A DNA stretch of 64,000 nucleotides from the NCBI GenBank assembly GCA_934090685.1, contig CAKOJN010000004.1, forward strand, positions 18,243-82,242, given 5' to 3'. The notes under the pieces were generated by a model. That model saw nothing but the letters and a program-made list of their open reading frames with translations, ran no database searches and was not told the DNA's origin. This document shows positions 30,395 through 41,116 of the stretch, in pieces. The number at the start of each line of letters is the position of its first letter. Position 1 is the stretch's first letter. The position numbers and the translations under genes are program-made. The DNA is from an uncultured Bacilli bacterium. Lineage in GTDB: Bacteria > Bacillota_I > Bacilli_A > RF39 > UBA660.

Positions 30395-31232
30395 AAGCTC
30401 TATCCTCCAGTAATTCAGGATTCTCTATTATATATTCAAATAATTTTATTGATTTAGCAAAATAATATCCATCAGCAATTCTTTCATCACAATTAATACC
30501 AAAATCACAAATATCAACTATCTTTTCTTTACCTTTTTCATCTACTATAGTTTCTTTATGTATTAAACCAATCGTCGCTAAAAACGAACTAGTACCAAAA
30601 TTAGTTAAATTATGATAAATTGAACCAATCTTTAAATTTCCAAGATTAGATAAAATAATAGAACTATAATATAAATTATCTTTTGTAAATGATTGAGGAA
30701 GCATTCCCTTTTTATCTAAAAATTTAAATATTCCCACAAGTGGAACTCTAATAATTTTAGGAAGTTTCCCTACTATATCAACAATGTTATTAGTATTTTC
30801 TTTTTTAACTTCTTTATTATTTCTAATTTTATTTACTTTTTGAGATATTTTTCTACTTATATCATAAATATTATCATCTTTATCTACTTTTATATTTATC
30901 ATAACCTCTTCACTTTTATCATCAAAAGCAATCTTAGCAACAAATGCTATGATAACATCTTTTCTTTCATATGTAGTTCTATCACAAATAAATCTATTTA
31001 ATAATCTGTTATTGTAAAAAAGTTTTGCAAATGCCATTGCCATCGCATAAAAATAAGTTATTTTTAAATCTTTATTCTCTTTCTTTTTCTTTTCAATATA
31101 TTTAACTAAATTAGTCATATCAATTTTTTGATTGATATAAACATCTGAGTCACATCGTTTTGGTTTCAAATCAATTAAAATATTATGAAGACCATCGATA
31201 TCTTTTACTTTTATTGCATCTTTTCTTTTCAA
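30372..31232 (-). CDS. 2-oxoacid dehydrogenase E2 catalytic-domain-like acyltransferase, no lipoyl domain
   Basis: C-terminal NCDERIADGYYFAKS aligns with the E2/CAT-fold DHRxxDG block, with Glu in place of His. TTG start after GAGGTAA. Its stop overlaps the ligase gene by 23 nt. Confidence 0.6.
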   Translation of the reverse strand: MKRKDAIKVKDIDGLHNILIDLKPKRCDSDVYINQKIDMTNLVKYIEKKKKENKDLKITYFYAMAMAFAKLFYNNRLLNRFICDRTTYERKDVIIAFVAKIAFDDKSEEVMINIKVDKDDNIYDISRKISQKVNKIRNNKEVKKENTNNIVDIVGKLPKIIRVPLVGIFKFLDKKGMLPQSFTKDNLYYSSIILSNLGNLKIGSIYHNLTNFGTSSFLATIGLIHKETIVDEKGKEKIVDICDFGINCDERIADGYYFAKSIKLFEYIIENPELLEDRACEKVEIK

Positions 31233-31288
31233 TATAATTACCTCACTATCACAGTACTATTATACGAAAAAAAATTTTACATTGCAAA

Positions 31289-32245
31289 TTAATATATAAG
31301 AATATATGCATAATATATAGCAAATAACATAAGCATAACACTTCCTTCTATTTTTGATAGTATCTTATCATTAGAAGAAAAGAAGTATAAAGCAAACGCA
31401 GCAACCTGTACCGCCATTATATCAATTAAATTAAAATGAGATGATGAAAAGCCACCATATATAAGAAGTGGCAAACCAAGTACAACTCCTATGTTAAAAA
31501 TATTTGTCCCTATTATATTACCAAGTGCTATATCAAATTCTCCTTTTTTAGCAGCAATTACAGTCATTGTCATCTCAGGAAGAGATGTTCCTATAACAAC
31601 TACTGTCATAGTTATAATTTTAGTACTAACATTCAATAATGATGCTATTTCTTTTGCATTATCAACAACTATATCACTAGCAAATACTATTCCAATACAA
31701 CAAATAACAACTAATAATATAGATATAATCATATTATATTTAGGTTTACTATATTCAAAAAATCCCTGTTTAGATTTAACTGCAGAAACTACATAAAATA
31801 TAAATACTAAAAAGAAGAAAATAAATAATAAACCATCTAATCTATTTAAAATAAAATCCTCTGGTATTCCCCCAACATAATGAGAAATAATTGATATAGA
31901 AAACATTGATGTTACTGCAAGTAATATAGGTAGTTCTTTCTTAACAACATCATTTTTAACTTTAATTGGATTAATAAAAGCAGCAAGTCCAATTATTAAC
32001 AAAATATTTACTACATTACTTCCAAGTACATTTGCAAGTGCGATATCTCCACTTCCACTAGATATACTGTTAAAAGATATAGCAAGTTCAGGAGCACATG
32101 TTCCAAAAGCAGCTACTGTTAATGCACTCATCATTTTAGACATTTTAAAATTAGTAGCAATTGAACTAATCGCATCAATAAATATATCTGAACATTTTAT
32201 TAACAATACAAATCCAATTATTAATAATATTATTGCTTTTAACAT
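31289..32245 (-). CDS. sodium/calcium antiporter (CaCA, YrbG type)
   Basis: Two alpha-repeats, GTCAPELAIS and GNIIGTNIFN; 10-TM profile. Confidence 0.85.
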   Translation of the reverse strand: MLKAIILLIIGFVLLIKCSDIFIDAISSIATNFKMSKMMSALTVAAFGTCAPELAISFNSISSGSGDIALANVLGSNVVNILLIIGLAAFINPIKVKNDVVKKELPILLAVTSMFSISIISHYVGGIPEDFILNRLDGLLFIFFFLVFIFYVVSAVKSKQGFFEYSKPKYNMIISILLVVICCIGIVFASDIVVDNAKEIASLLNVSTKIITMTVVVIGTSLPEMTMTVIAAKKGEFDIALGNIIGTNIFNIGVVLGLPLLIYGGFSSSHFNLIDIMAVQVAAFALYFFSSNDKILSKIEGSVMLMLFAIYYAYILIY

Positions 32246-32319
32246 ATATCCTCCTATTATATTTATATTATAAACTATTTAATCACTTTTTAAAAGAAAA
32301 AACCTTACAAATTGTAAAG

Positions 32320-33255
32320 TTATTCATCTTCAAGATTATCAATTTCTTCAAATAATTTATCAACATTTTTACTAGGCAATAACATTGTATTACTTTTATT
32401 AATTTTAATTTCAAAAACATTTGATTCAGTTAACAACTCATCCCCATCAATACACCAAGAGGGAGGTATTTTATCAAACTCTAATTTTATATTATCAGTT
32501 TTAAAATATGTAAATCCTGGTATATCATTCATTTCTCTTCTTTTTAAATAATGAAGTGATTTTATAATATCCCATTTATTTTTAATATCACATAATAATA
32601 CTTCAAATTTATTATCATCTAATTTTACATCAGGATAAATATTTTGTACACCACCAACTCTATTACTATTAGTAATAAATATAAATGAAACTCTTTTTTT
32701 ATATGTTTGTCCATCAATAGTATATTTAATATCATAAAAATGTAAATTTTGTTTTAACTGTTGAATTCCATACATTACATATGCTAGTCTTCCATACTTT
32801 TCTTTTAACTTTCTAGGAGTTGCATAAGAAATATCAACATAGGCACCTATACAAGCAACATATACAAATGGATTATTGTTTATCAAGCACACATCTATAT
32901 TTTTTTGAACACCATTTAATAGCATAACTATATTTTTTGAAGTATTTCCACTCATACCATACATATGAGCAACATCATTAACACTACCAAGAGGCAAATG
33001 CCCAAGTAAAATAGGTTTTTTTCTTTCTATATTACCTGATATAACTTCATTTAAAGTACCATCCCCACCAGCACATAATAGTAAATCTACATTCTTTAGT
33101 TTCTTTGTTATTTCCTTAGCATGACCTTTATATTCTGTATATATAATTTCAGTGTCATATTCATAATTTTCAAGTATTTTATATATTCTTTTCAAATCAA
33201 AACGATTTGTTAATTTACCACTATTAGGATTGTAAATAACAACACATTTTAGCAT
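32320..33255 (-). CDS. diacylglycerol/lipid kinase (YegS/BmrU family)
   Basis: IYNPNSG and GGDGTLNEV motifs; ATG 33255 follows GAGGAA. Confidence 0.85.
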   Translation of the reverse strand: MLKCVVIYNPNSGKLTNRFDLKRIYKILENYEYDTEIIYTEYKGHAKEITKKLKNVDLLLCAGGDGTLNEVISGNIERKKPILLGHLPLGSVNDVAHMYGMSGNTSKNIVMLLNGVQKNIDVCLINNNPFVYVACIGAYVDISYATPRKLKEKYGRLAYVMYGIQQLKQNLHFYDIKYTIDGQTYKKRVSFIFITNSNRVGGVQNIYPDVKLDDNKFEVLLCDIKNKWDIIKSLHYLKRREMNDIPGFTYFKTDNIKLEFDKIPPSWCIDGDELLTESNVFEIKINKSNTMLLPSKNVDKLFEEIDNLEDE

Positions 33256-33381
33256 AATTTTCCTCACTTTTTTCTATTGTAATTATTATATCACTTTTTA
33301 TTAATTTATCAAATATAAATAAAATAAACATATTTTAAAATTTATTGTCAATAATATGAATAAATGGTGTATAATATTTGA

Positions 33382-35505
33382 ATGGACGGAAAGCATATGA
33401 AAAAGAAAAAGCAAACAAAAAGGAGAAATAACAAGAAGAATTATCTAAAAATAACATTATTGGCTATTTTATTTTTAATGTGCATTACTTTTGGTGGATT
33501 TGTGTATTATATTTATATTTCTGCACCAGAATTCAAAAGCAATTTACTATATAGAAAAGAATCATCAAATATATATGATTCAAAAGGTAACTTAATTGCT
33601 ACAATCGGAACTGAAAGAAGACAATTAGTTAAATATGATGAATTACCACAAGTATTAATAGATGCAATTATCGCTACAGAAGACTCTCGTTTCTTTGAAC
33701 ACGATGGATTTGATATTCCAAGATTCTTAAAAGCAGGAGTAGGTTATTTAAAAGGTGTAGATGCAGGTGGTGCAAGCACTCTTACAATGCAACTTTCTAA
33801 AAATACTTTCACTAGTACAGAAACAAAAGGATTTGATGGAATAGTTAGAAAATTTACGGATATTTATATGTCCATCTTTAAAATAGAAAAAGACTATTCA
33901 AAAGAAGAAATAATTGAATTTTATGTTAATGCTCCATATTTAGGCGCAGGTAGTTATGGTGTTGAACAAGCATCAAAAACATATTTTAATAAAGATGTCA
34001 CTAATTTAAATTTAGTAGAAGCAGCAACCATAGCGGGAATGTTTCAAGCACCAGGAGAATATGATCCATACATTAATCCAGAAAAAACAACAAAAAGAAA
34101 AAATGAAGTAATAGATTTAATGTTAAGACATGGATATATAACAGAAACAGAAGCAAATCAAGCAAAAAAAATTAATGTAGAAAATATAGTCAAAAAAGTT
34201 AATAAAAACGTAAATAAATATCAAGGATATATTGATACTGTTATACAAGAAGTAATTGATAGAACTGGTAATAATCCATACGAGGTATCTATGGATATCT
34301 ATACAACTTTAGTTTCAGACAAACAAGATGTTATAGAAGACTTTTATAACAATTGGAAATTTAAAGATAATAAAGTTCAAGTAGGTATCGGAGTAATAGA
34401 TAATAATACAGGTTCTATTATCGCAGTAGGCGCAGGTAGAAATAAAAATAGTGCAATGTCACTTAATTATGCTACTCAAATAAAAAGACATCCCGGTAGT
34501 ACAGCAAAACCATTATTTGATTATGGACCGGGTATTGAATACAAAAATTGGTCAACATATACTCCATTCATAGATAAACCTGTAAAATATACCGGTGGCG
34601 GAACAATGAGAAATGTTGATGGTAAATATCAAGGATTTTTAACTTTAGAACAATGCTTAGTAAGATCAAGAAACACATGTGCTTTACAAGCATTTCAACA
34701 ATTAAGTAATTCAAAAATTGATAAATTTGTTACTTCTCTTGGAATCACACCAGAATATTTAGGTAGTTCAAGATTTATAAACGAAGCACACTCTATTGGT
34801 GGATTTACCGGAGTAAGTCCTGTACAACTTGCTGATGCATATAGTGCTTTTGGTAATGGTGGGTATTATACTGAAGCACATACAATAAATAAAATTGTAT
34901 ATAAAAACGGCAACGAAGATGATGTTATAGACTTTAATTTTGAAAAGAAAAAAGTAATGAAAGATACTACAGCTTATATGATTTCTCAAATGTTAAAAAA
35001 AGTAACAAGTTCTTCTATAAAAGTAGAAGGCAGTGAAATTTCAACAAAAACTGGTACAAGTAGTTATGATCCTAACACTTTAAAAAAATTAAAATTATCT
35101 AATAACGTAATACAAGATGCATGGACAGTTACATTTAGTAAAGATTATTCAATCGCAATTTGGTATGGATATGATAATTTAACTAAAAAAACTTATAATA
35201 CATCAAGTCATGCATGGAGCGAAAGAACAAAAATACAAAAAGCAATAGTTACTAAAATAATGGAAAAGAATTCAACATTCGATATTCCATCTGGAATAGT
35301 TAAAGCAAGAGTTGTAGTTGGTACTAATCCGCCTAAATTGCCAAACTCTTCTACTCCTTCATCAAAAATTCAAACACATTTATTTGTAAAAGGAACAGAA
35401 CCAACATCAACAGTATATTATTCACCAAAAACTGAAACAAAATCAAATGATAGTGAAGAAATAACAGAAGAAGAAATAGAAATACCAGATATTTTGGAAC
35501 CTTAG
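33382..35505 (+). CDS. bifunctional class A penicillin-binding protein (glycosyltransferase/transpeptidase)
   Basis: GT51 EDSRFFEHDGFD; transpeptidase STAKP, SRN and KTGT motifs; N-terminal TM anchor. Confidence 0.92.
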   Translation: MDGKHMKKKKQTKRRNNKKNYLKITLLAILFLMCITFGGFVYYIYISAPEFKSNLLYRKESSNIYDSKGNLIATIGTERRQLVKYDELPQVLIDAIIATEDSRFFEHDGFDIPRFLKAGVGYLKGVDAGGASTLTMQLSKNTFTSTETKGFDGIVRKFTDIYMSIFKIEKDYSKEEIIEFYVNAPYLGAGSYGVEQASKTYFNKDVTNLNLVEAATIAGMFQAPGEYDPYINPEKTTKRKNEVIDLMLRHGYITETEANQAKKINVENIVKKVNKNVNKYQGYIDTVIQEVIDRTGNNPYEVSMDIYTTLVSDKQDVIEDFYNNWKFKDNKVQVGIGVIDNNTGSIIAVGAGRNKNSAMSLNYATQIKRHPGSTAKPLFDYGPGIEYKNWSTYTPFIDKPVKYTGGGTMRNVDGKYQGFLTLEQCLVRSRNTCALQAFQQLSNSKIDKFVTSLGITPEYLGSSRFINEAHSIGGFTGVSPVQLADAYSAFGNGGYYTEAHTINKIVYKNGNEDDVIDFNFEKKKVMKDTTAYMISQMLKKVTSSSIKVEGSEISTKTGTSSYDPNTLKKLKLSNNVIQDAWTVTFSKDYSIAIWYGYDNLTKKTYNTSSHAWSERTKIQKAIVTKIMEKNSTFDIPSGIVKARVVVGTNPPKLPNSSTPSSKIQTHLFVKGTEPTSTVYYSPKTETKSNDSEEITEEEIEIPDILEP

Positions 35506-35542
35506 TATTTATTTATTAAATAATTTATAGTATACTTAACTT

Positions 35543-36370
35543 ATGACAAGAGTAAGAAAAGTAAGAAAATTAAAAAAGAAAAATTGTGTACTAGCACTTT
35601 TACTAATTATAAGTACTGCTGCATTTGTATATTCAGCAATTAATCTTATAAATTGGCAAAAAGATAATAAGATTACAAATGACAATATAAATGATATAAA
35701 TGGACAAACAACAATAACAACTTCTACACAGGGAGAAGCAGTTAATTCTGAAAACGAACCTAAAGATAGTATATACTGGTCATACATGAAAACTGATTTA
35801 ATAAATGTAGATTTTACTGAATTAAAAAAGAAAAACAGTGATACCAAAGGTTGGATTCAAGTGCTTGGAACTAATATTAATTATCCATTTGTACAATCGA
35901 AAGACAATAAATATTATTTAACAAGATCATTTGATAAGAAATATACTGATGCAGGATGGGTATTCTTAGACTACAGAAACAATATTGATAATTTAAGTAA
36001 AAATAATATAATATACGCTCATGCAAGAAAAGATAAAACGATGTTTGGAACATTAAAAAACACTTTAAAAAAAGATTGGTATGATAATAAAAATAATCAT
36101 ATAATTAAAATATCAACTGAAAAAGAAAATACTTTATGGCAAGTATTTAGTGTATATCATATAGAGACAGAAAATTACTACATACAAACAAACTTTAATA
36201 CTGATAAAGAATTTAAAGAATTTGCAAATAAATTAAAGAAAAGATCAACATATTATTTTAATGCTAATATAAGCGAAAAGGATACTTTATTAACTTTATC
36301 AACTTGTTTCAATAAAAAAGAGAAAATGGTTCTCCACGCAAAACTATTAAAGAAGGAAAAAAGAAATTAG
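35543..36370 (+). CDS. srtB: class B sortase
   Basis: N-terminal TM anchor, catalytic TLSTC, YAH block, SrtB-like length; weak RBS. Confidence 0.8.
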   Translation: MTRVRKVRKLKKKNCVLALLLIISTAAFVYSAINLINWQKDNKITNDNINDINGQTTITTSTQGEAVNSENEPKDSIYWSYMKTDLINVDFTELKKKNSDTKGWIQVLGTNINYPFVQSKDNKYYLTRSFDKKYTDAGWVFLDYRNNIDNLSKNNIIYAHARKDKTMFGTLKNTLKKDWYDNKNNHIIKISTEKENTLWQVFSVYHIETENYYIQTNFNTDKEFKEFANKLKKRSTYYFNANISEKDTLLTLSTCFNKKEKMVLHAKLLKKEKRN

Positions 36371-36375
36371 TCATG

Positions 36376-37023
36376 CTAATTTTCTTTTTTTATAAGTTCA
36401 AAATATTTATTAGGAATATTTAATTCGATACTAATTAATTCTTTAGTTATTGGATGATTAAAGCATATTTTATAAGCAAACAAAAACATATATTTAAAAT
36501 TATCTTTAAGGCCATACTTTTTATCGCCAACTATAGGAGTATTATTATCTTTCATATGTACTCTAATTTGATTCTTTCTACCAGTTTTAAGAGTTATTTC
36601 TAACATAGAATATTTATTATTAGACATAATCCTTTTATATTCAGTAATTGCATATTTACCATTTCTATCATTAGAACTATACGTATATAATGATTTAGTT
36701 TCTTTTAAATATGATTTTATTACTCCATTATCTTTAGTAGTACCATGAACAATAGAAATATATTTTCGAGTTACTTTATCCCATGAATTCTGTAATATAT
36801 ATTTTGCTTTTTCACTCTTAGCAAAAACTACTATACCACAAGTATCTTTATCAAGCCTATTAACAATAAAAACTTTTTGATTCTTCTTATGTAAATAGTT
36901 ATACACTTCACTATATAAATTTCTTTCGTTTTTAGAAGTATTAATAGTTAACATATTACTAGGTTTATTTATAAGCAACAAATGTTTATCTTCATAAACA
37001 ATATTTAATTTATTATTTCTCAT
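36376..37023 (-). CDS. RluA family pseudouridine synthase
   Basis: NRLDKDTCGIVVFAK catalytic Asp motif and GRKNQIRVH. Confidence 0.88.
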   Translation of the reverse strand: MRNNKLNIVYEDKHLLLINKPSNMLTINTSKNERNLYSEVYNYLHKKNQKVFIVNRLDKDTCGIVVFAKSEKAKYILQNSWDKVTRKYISIVHGTTKDNGVIKSYLKETKSLYTYSSNDRNGKYAITEYKRIMSNNKYSMLEITLKTGRKNQIRVHMKDNNTPIVGDKKYGLKDNFKYMFLFAYKICFNHPITKELISIELNIPNKYFELIKKEN

Positions 37024-37730
37024 AATAATTGACTCAAAGCAACAAGAATAACCCCACTGATTAATCCAAGTTGTAACTCCTTTTTCTTAATATTTTCTTT
37101 TACTTCACATAGTAATTCAAAGAGAGCAATATATATCAACATACCAAGGGTTATAGAAATTAATGCACATAAAATACTACTATTAAGTGTAATTTTAAAT
37201 ATATTTAACAAAATTATGCCAATTATACTAGATAATGATAAACCTATCATTAATAATGCTTTAACTTTTTTATTCTTAATCATAGTAGATATTTGTATAC
37301 CAAGTGGTATATTATGGAAAGAAACACCTATTGCCATAATAACACCCATACCAAGAGTTGTAAGACTAGTTGTATATATTGCCGTTGATTCTATTATGTT
37401 ATGAATAAATAATGCCACAAATGATATTAAACCAATATGTTCCATATGATCTTTTTTATTAGAATCGTGATCATGATCAGGAATAAAATAATCAAGTAAT
37501 TTAAGTATAATAATTCCAATTAATACAAATATTAATATTACAAATTTATTATCAATAAGTTCCAAACATTCTGGAAGTAAATCGAATATTATTAAACCAA
37601 ATATAACTATAAACGAAAAACCTAATGAAAATGTCACTAGCTTATTATTATTTTTTAATATTACAGTTATTATATATCCAATTAAAAATGATAAACCAGA
37701 AAGTATAGTAACTAAACATGCAATACTCAT
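37020..37730 (-). CDS. ZIP family metal transporter
   Basis: HNIIES and HNIPLG metal-site motifs; a His-rich loop DHDHDSNKKDH. Confidence 0.85.
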   Translation of the reverse strand: MSIACLVTILSGLSFLIGYIITVILKNNNKLVTFSLGFSFIVIFGLIIFDLLPECLELIDNKFVILIFVLIGIIILKLLDYFIPDHDHDSNKKDHMEHIGLISFVALFIHNIIESTAIYTTSLTTLGMGVIMAIGVSFHNIPLGIQISTMIKNKKVKALLMIGLSLSSIIGIILLNIFKITLNSSILCALISITLGMLIYIALFELLCEVKENIKKKELQLGLISGVILVALSQLL

Positions 37731-37815
37731 AAAATCACTTCCATGAAGATTATATCATAAGAATTAAATTTTACAAAGGATTAACATTTATCATTAAATA
37801 TATTATAATTAAATT

Positions 37816-38532
37816 ATGAAGAAAATTGATGAATTACAAAATATGATAGACAGTTCTAACAAGATAGTATTTTTTGGAGGAGCCGGTGTTTCAACAGAAA
37901 GCGGTATTAAAGATTTTAGAAGCAAAGATGGACTATATAATATGAAATATAAATATCCACCTGAATTAATGTTAAGTAGTACTTTCTTTTATCAAAATAC
38001 AGAAGAATTTTATAAATTTTATAAAGATAAATTAAATTGTCTAAACTGTGAACCAAATATTGTTCATAAATATTTAGCAAAATTAGAAAAAAATGGTAAA
38101 TTAATTGGTATAATAACTCAAAATATTGATGGATTGCACACAAAAGCAGGAAATAAAAAAGTTTATGAATTACATGGTACTATTTATAGTAACCATTGTA
38201 TAAAATGTAAAAAGTTTTTTGATGCAAAATATGTATTTGAAAGCAAAAATATTCCAAAGTGTGACTGCGGTGGGATAATAAAACCAGACGTAGTATTATA
38301 TGGTGAAATGCTTGATAATAATACATTAAACACATCAATAGATTTAATAAGCAACTCTGACATGCTTATAGTCGCAGGTACTTCTCTTCTTGTAGAACCA
38401 GCAAGTAGTTTAATTAGATATTTCAAAGGAAAATATTTAGTAATATTAAATAGAAGCAATACTAAATATTGTGACATTGCCTCTCTAGTTATAAATGATT
38501 CACTAGGTAATATATTTAAACAGTTGAAATAA
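37816..38532 (+). CDS. cobB: NAD-dependent protein deacylase (Sir2 family)
   Basis: GAGVSTESGIKDFRS, QNIDGLH, and the Zn site CIKCKK...CDCGG. Confidence 0.9.
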   Translation: MKKIDELQNMIDSSNKIVFFGGAGVSTESGIKDFRSKDGLYNMKYKYPPELMLSSTFFYQNTEEFYKFYKDKLNCLNCEPNIVHKYLAKLEKNGKLIGIITQNIDGLHTKAGNKKVYELHGTIYSNHCIKCKKFFDAKYVFESKNIPKCDCGGIIKPDVVLYGEMLDNNTLNTSIDLISNSDMLIVAGTSLLVEPASSLIRYFKGKYLVILNRSNTKYCDIASLVINDSLGNIFKQLK

Positions 38533-38538
38533 ATGTTT

Positions 38539-39057
38539 TTATTTTAATAAATTTCCTATTATTCCATATGATAAAAGCATCATAATTATACTTGCCATAA
38601 TAATTCCAAGCATTATTGCTATAAATGATTTCTTTTTATTCATTTCAAGAACTGCCGCTATTAAACACCCTGTCCATGCGCCAGTCCCAGGAAGTGGTAT
38701 ACCTACAAATAATACTAATCCAAAATATCCATATTTTTCTATCTTATCTTTGTTCTTATCAACTTTATTATTTAACCATTTGGATATTTTCTTAAATAAA
38801 TTTACTTTACTAGTTTCCATCCATTTTAATATTTTAGAAATAAATAACAATATTAAAGGAACTGGTAAAGTATTACCAATTATCGCAGCAATATAACCAT
38901 TAAGAGGTTTAAGTCCAATTAATGATGCTGCTAATATTCCACCTCTTAACTCTAATATTGGTAGTATTGATATTATAAAAACTAATAATTCTTTTCCATA
39001 CTTAAGTGAAAGTAATCCACCAAATGAATCTATTATTGTATTAACTATATTCTCCAT
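38539..39057 (-). CDS. small multidrug-export-like membrane protein (COG2426)
   Basis: 172 aa, 4-5 TM, PILELRGGI motif. Confidence 0.6.
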   Translation of the reverse strand: MENIVNTIIDSFGGLLSLKYGKELLVFIISILPILELRGGILAASLIGLKPLNGYIAAIIGNTLPVPLILLFISKILKWMETSKVNLFKKISKWLNNKVDKNKDKIEKYGYFGLVLFVGIPLPGTGAWTGCLIAAVLEMNKKKSFIAIMLGIIMASIIMMLLSYGIIGNLLK

Positions 39058-39190
39058 AATTTCTCCTAATTAAATTTATTAATTTTTTAAATCACTATTA
39101 CTATTATTGTAACATTTATATATTATAAAATAAATATTTATTACAATTATAGACATAATATTATGATATAATTAGTAAGAGAGGTTTTTT

Positions 39191-39904
39191 ATGAATAAAA
39201 ATGAAATCGGTATATTTGATTCTGGAATTGGTGGAATCACTATATTAAATGAATTAAAAAAAATATTACCTAATGAAAATTTTATATATTATGCAGACTC
39301 AAAAAATAATCCATATGGAAACAAATCTTTAAATGAATTATTTAAAATAGTATGTGATATTGTAGATAAGCTATTAAAAAGAAATGTAAAATTAATTGTA
39401 ATTGCTTGTAATACCGCTACTACAAGATGTATTAATATGTTAAGAGAAAAATATAAAAATGTTATTTTTGTAGGAACTGAACCTGCTATTAAAGTAGCAT
39501 GCGATAAAAATTTTAAAAATACTATCGTTATGGCAACTCCTGGTACTATAAATACAGAAAGGATGCATCAATTAGTTGATAATAACATAAAAGACAATCA
39601 AAATGTTTATTTAATACCATGTGAAGGTCTTGCTGACACTATTGAATTCAAAACAGAAAAAGAAGTAGAAATTAAAGTTAATGAATTATTAACACCTTAT
39701 AAAGACAAAGATATAGATTCAATAGTTCTTGGATGCACACACTATCCATATGCAAAAAAATTTATAAAAAACATATTTCCTAACGCTACATTAATTGATG
39801 GTAATCATGGTGTATCAAAACAAGTTAAAAGAATGTTAAAAGAACATGATTTATTAAATAACAGTAATAAAAAAGGCAATGTTCAAATCATTTTTAACAA
39901 ATAA
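39191..39904 (+). CDS. murI: glutamate racemase
   Basis: IGIFDSGIGGITI, with the catalytic Cys motifs ACNTAT and GCTHYP. Confidence 0.92.
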   Translation: MNKNEIGIFDSGIGGITILNELKKILPNENFIYYADSKNNPYGNKSLNELFKIVCDIVDKLLKRNVKLIVIACNTATTRCINMLREKYKNVIFVGTEPAIKVACDKNFKNTIVMATPGTINTERMHQLVDNNIKDNQNVYLIPCEGLADTIEFKTEKEVEIKVNELLTPYKDKDIDSIVLGCTHYPYAKKFIKNIFPNATLIDGNHGVSKQVKRMLKEHDLLNNSNKKGNVQIIFNK

Positions 39905-39911
39905 AAAAGGA

Positions 39912-41105
39912 CTAACTCTTTAATCCTTTAAGTCCTTTACAACCTTTAGAACCATTAAATCCTTCTAAGATATTTGATTCAAAAGACATTGTTTTCTTTT
40001 GTTTATTTTTGTATTCCTTAATAGCAATAGAAATCATTTCATCTAATAATTCAGAATATTTTAATCCTGCTTCTTTCCATAAATAGAATGACAAGCTTCC
40101 TGGACATGTATTTGGTTCATTTACATAGAATTTTTTAGTTTTAGAATCTATTAAATAATCAATTCTACAAACGCCGCTTAAATTAAATAGTTTGAAAACC
40201 TTTTTAGAAGTTTCACTAATATCATCAGTTAATTTTTTAGATATTCTAGCAGGTATAATTCTATTAGTAGATGCCATACCTTTAGATGATGTTTTGCTTC
40301 CCTTAGAGCCACTTAAATATTTATCATTATAACTTAATATTTCATCAAGTCCCATAACCTCTTCTAATGGGGTAACACGTTGAAATTCATAATTACCAAG
40401 TACACTTGAGTTTACCTCAATCAAATTATCAACTGCTTTTTCAACAACAATTTTATTATCATAAGAAATTGCTTCATCTATAGCACTTTCTAAATCTTTT
40501 TCACTTTTAACGTATGTTATGCCTACACTGCTTCCTAAAGTAGCAGGTTTTACAACAACTGGATAACCTAGTTTCTTAATATTATTTATTATACTAGATT
40601 TATCTTCAACATATTCATTATCAAAAAACCACGTATAATCAACAATTGGGATCCCTGCGCTTGCCATAACTTGTTTCATAATTACCTTATCTTGACCAAT
40701 CGCACTTCCAATTACATGTGAACCAACATATGGTATTCCAATTGTTTCTAATAGTCCTGCTAAAGTACCATCTTCAATATTATTTCCATGTACAACCGGA
40801 AGAATTATATCAACATCAGTTACATTTTTTCTAAACAAACCAGTTGTTTTTTGTAAAAAGAATCCTTTCTCTGTTTTATATAAATTTACTTTTGAAACAT
40901 ATTTCTTATTATTTTCAAAATCCTTATAAAATTCCACTTCCATTAAAGGATGACCAGTATACCATATTTTATTCTTAGCAATATAAATAGGAATTATTTC
41001 ATACTTATCTTTATTTAAATTCTCCATTGCTTGAATTGCAGAAATAATACTTACTTCATGCTCTACTGTTTGTCCTCCAAAAATTACACCAACTTTTATT
41101 TTCAT
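39912..41105 (-). CDS. ddl: D-alanine--D-alanine ligase family protein
   Basis: VIFGGQTVEHEVSI N-terminus and an ATP-grasp core. A Ser/Lys-rich insertion (GSKGSKTSSKGMAST) sits in the omega-loop region. Confidence 0.88.
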   Translation of the reverse strand: MKIKVGVIFGGQTVEHEVSIISAIQAMENLNKDKYEIIPIYIAKNKIWYTGHPLMEVEFYKDFENNKKYVSKVNLYKTEKGFFLQKTTGLFRKNVTDVDIILPVVHGNNIEDGTLAGLLETIGIPYVGSHVIGSAIGQDKVIMKQVMASAGIPIVDYTWFFDNEYVEDKSSIINNIKKLGYPVVVKPATLGSSVGITYVKSEKDLESAIDEAISYDNKIVVEKAVDNLIEVNSSVLGNYEFQRVTPLEEVMGLDEILSYNDKYLSGSKGSKTSSKGMASTNRIIPARISKKLTDDISETSKKVFKLFNLSGVCRIDYLIDSKTKKFYVNEPNTCPGSLSFYLWKEAGLKYSELLDEMISIAIKEYKNKQKKTMSFESNILEGFNGSKGCKGLKGLKS

Positions 41106-41116
41106 AATATTTCCTC

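Noticed and set aside
35536-35847. 103-aa minus-strand ORF opposite the sortase B 5' end.
   Set aside because: It is antisense to a gene with a TLSTC catalytic motif, has no RBS and gives a low-complexity Phe/Ser/Val translation.
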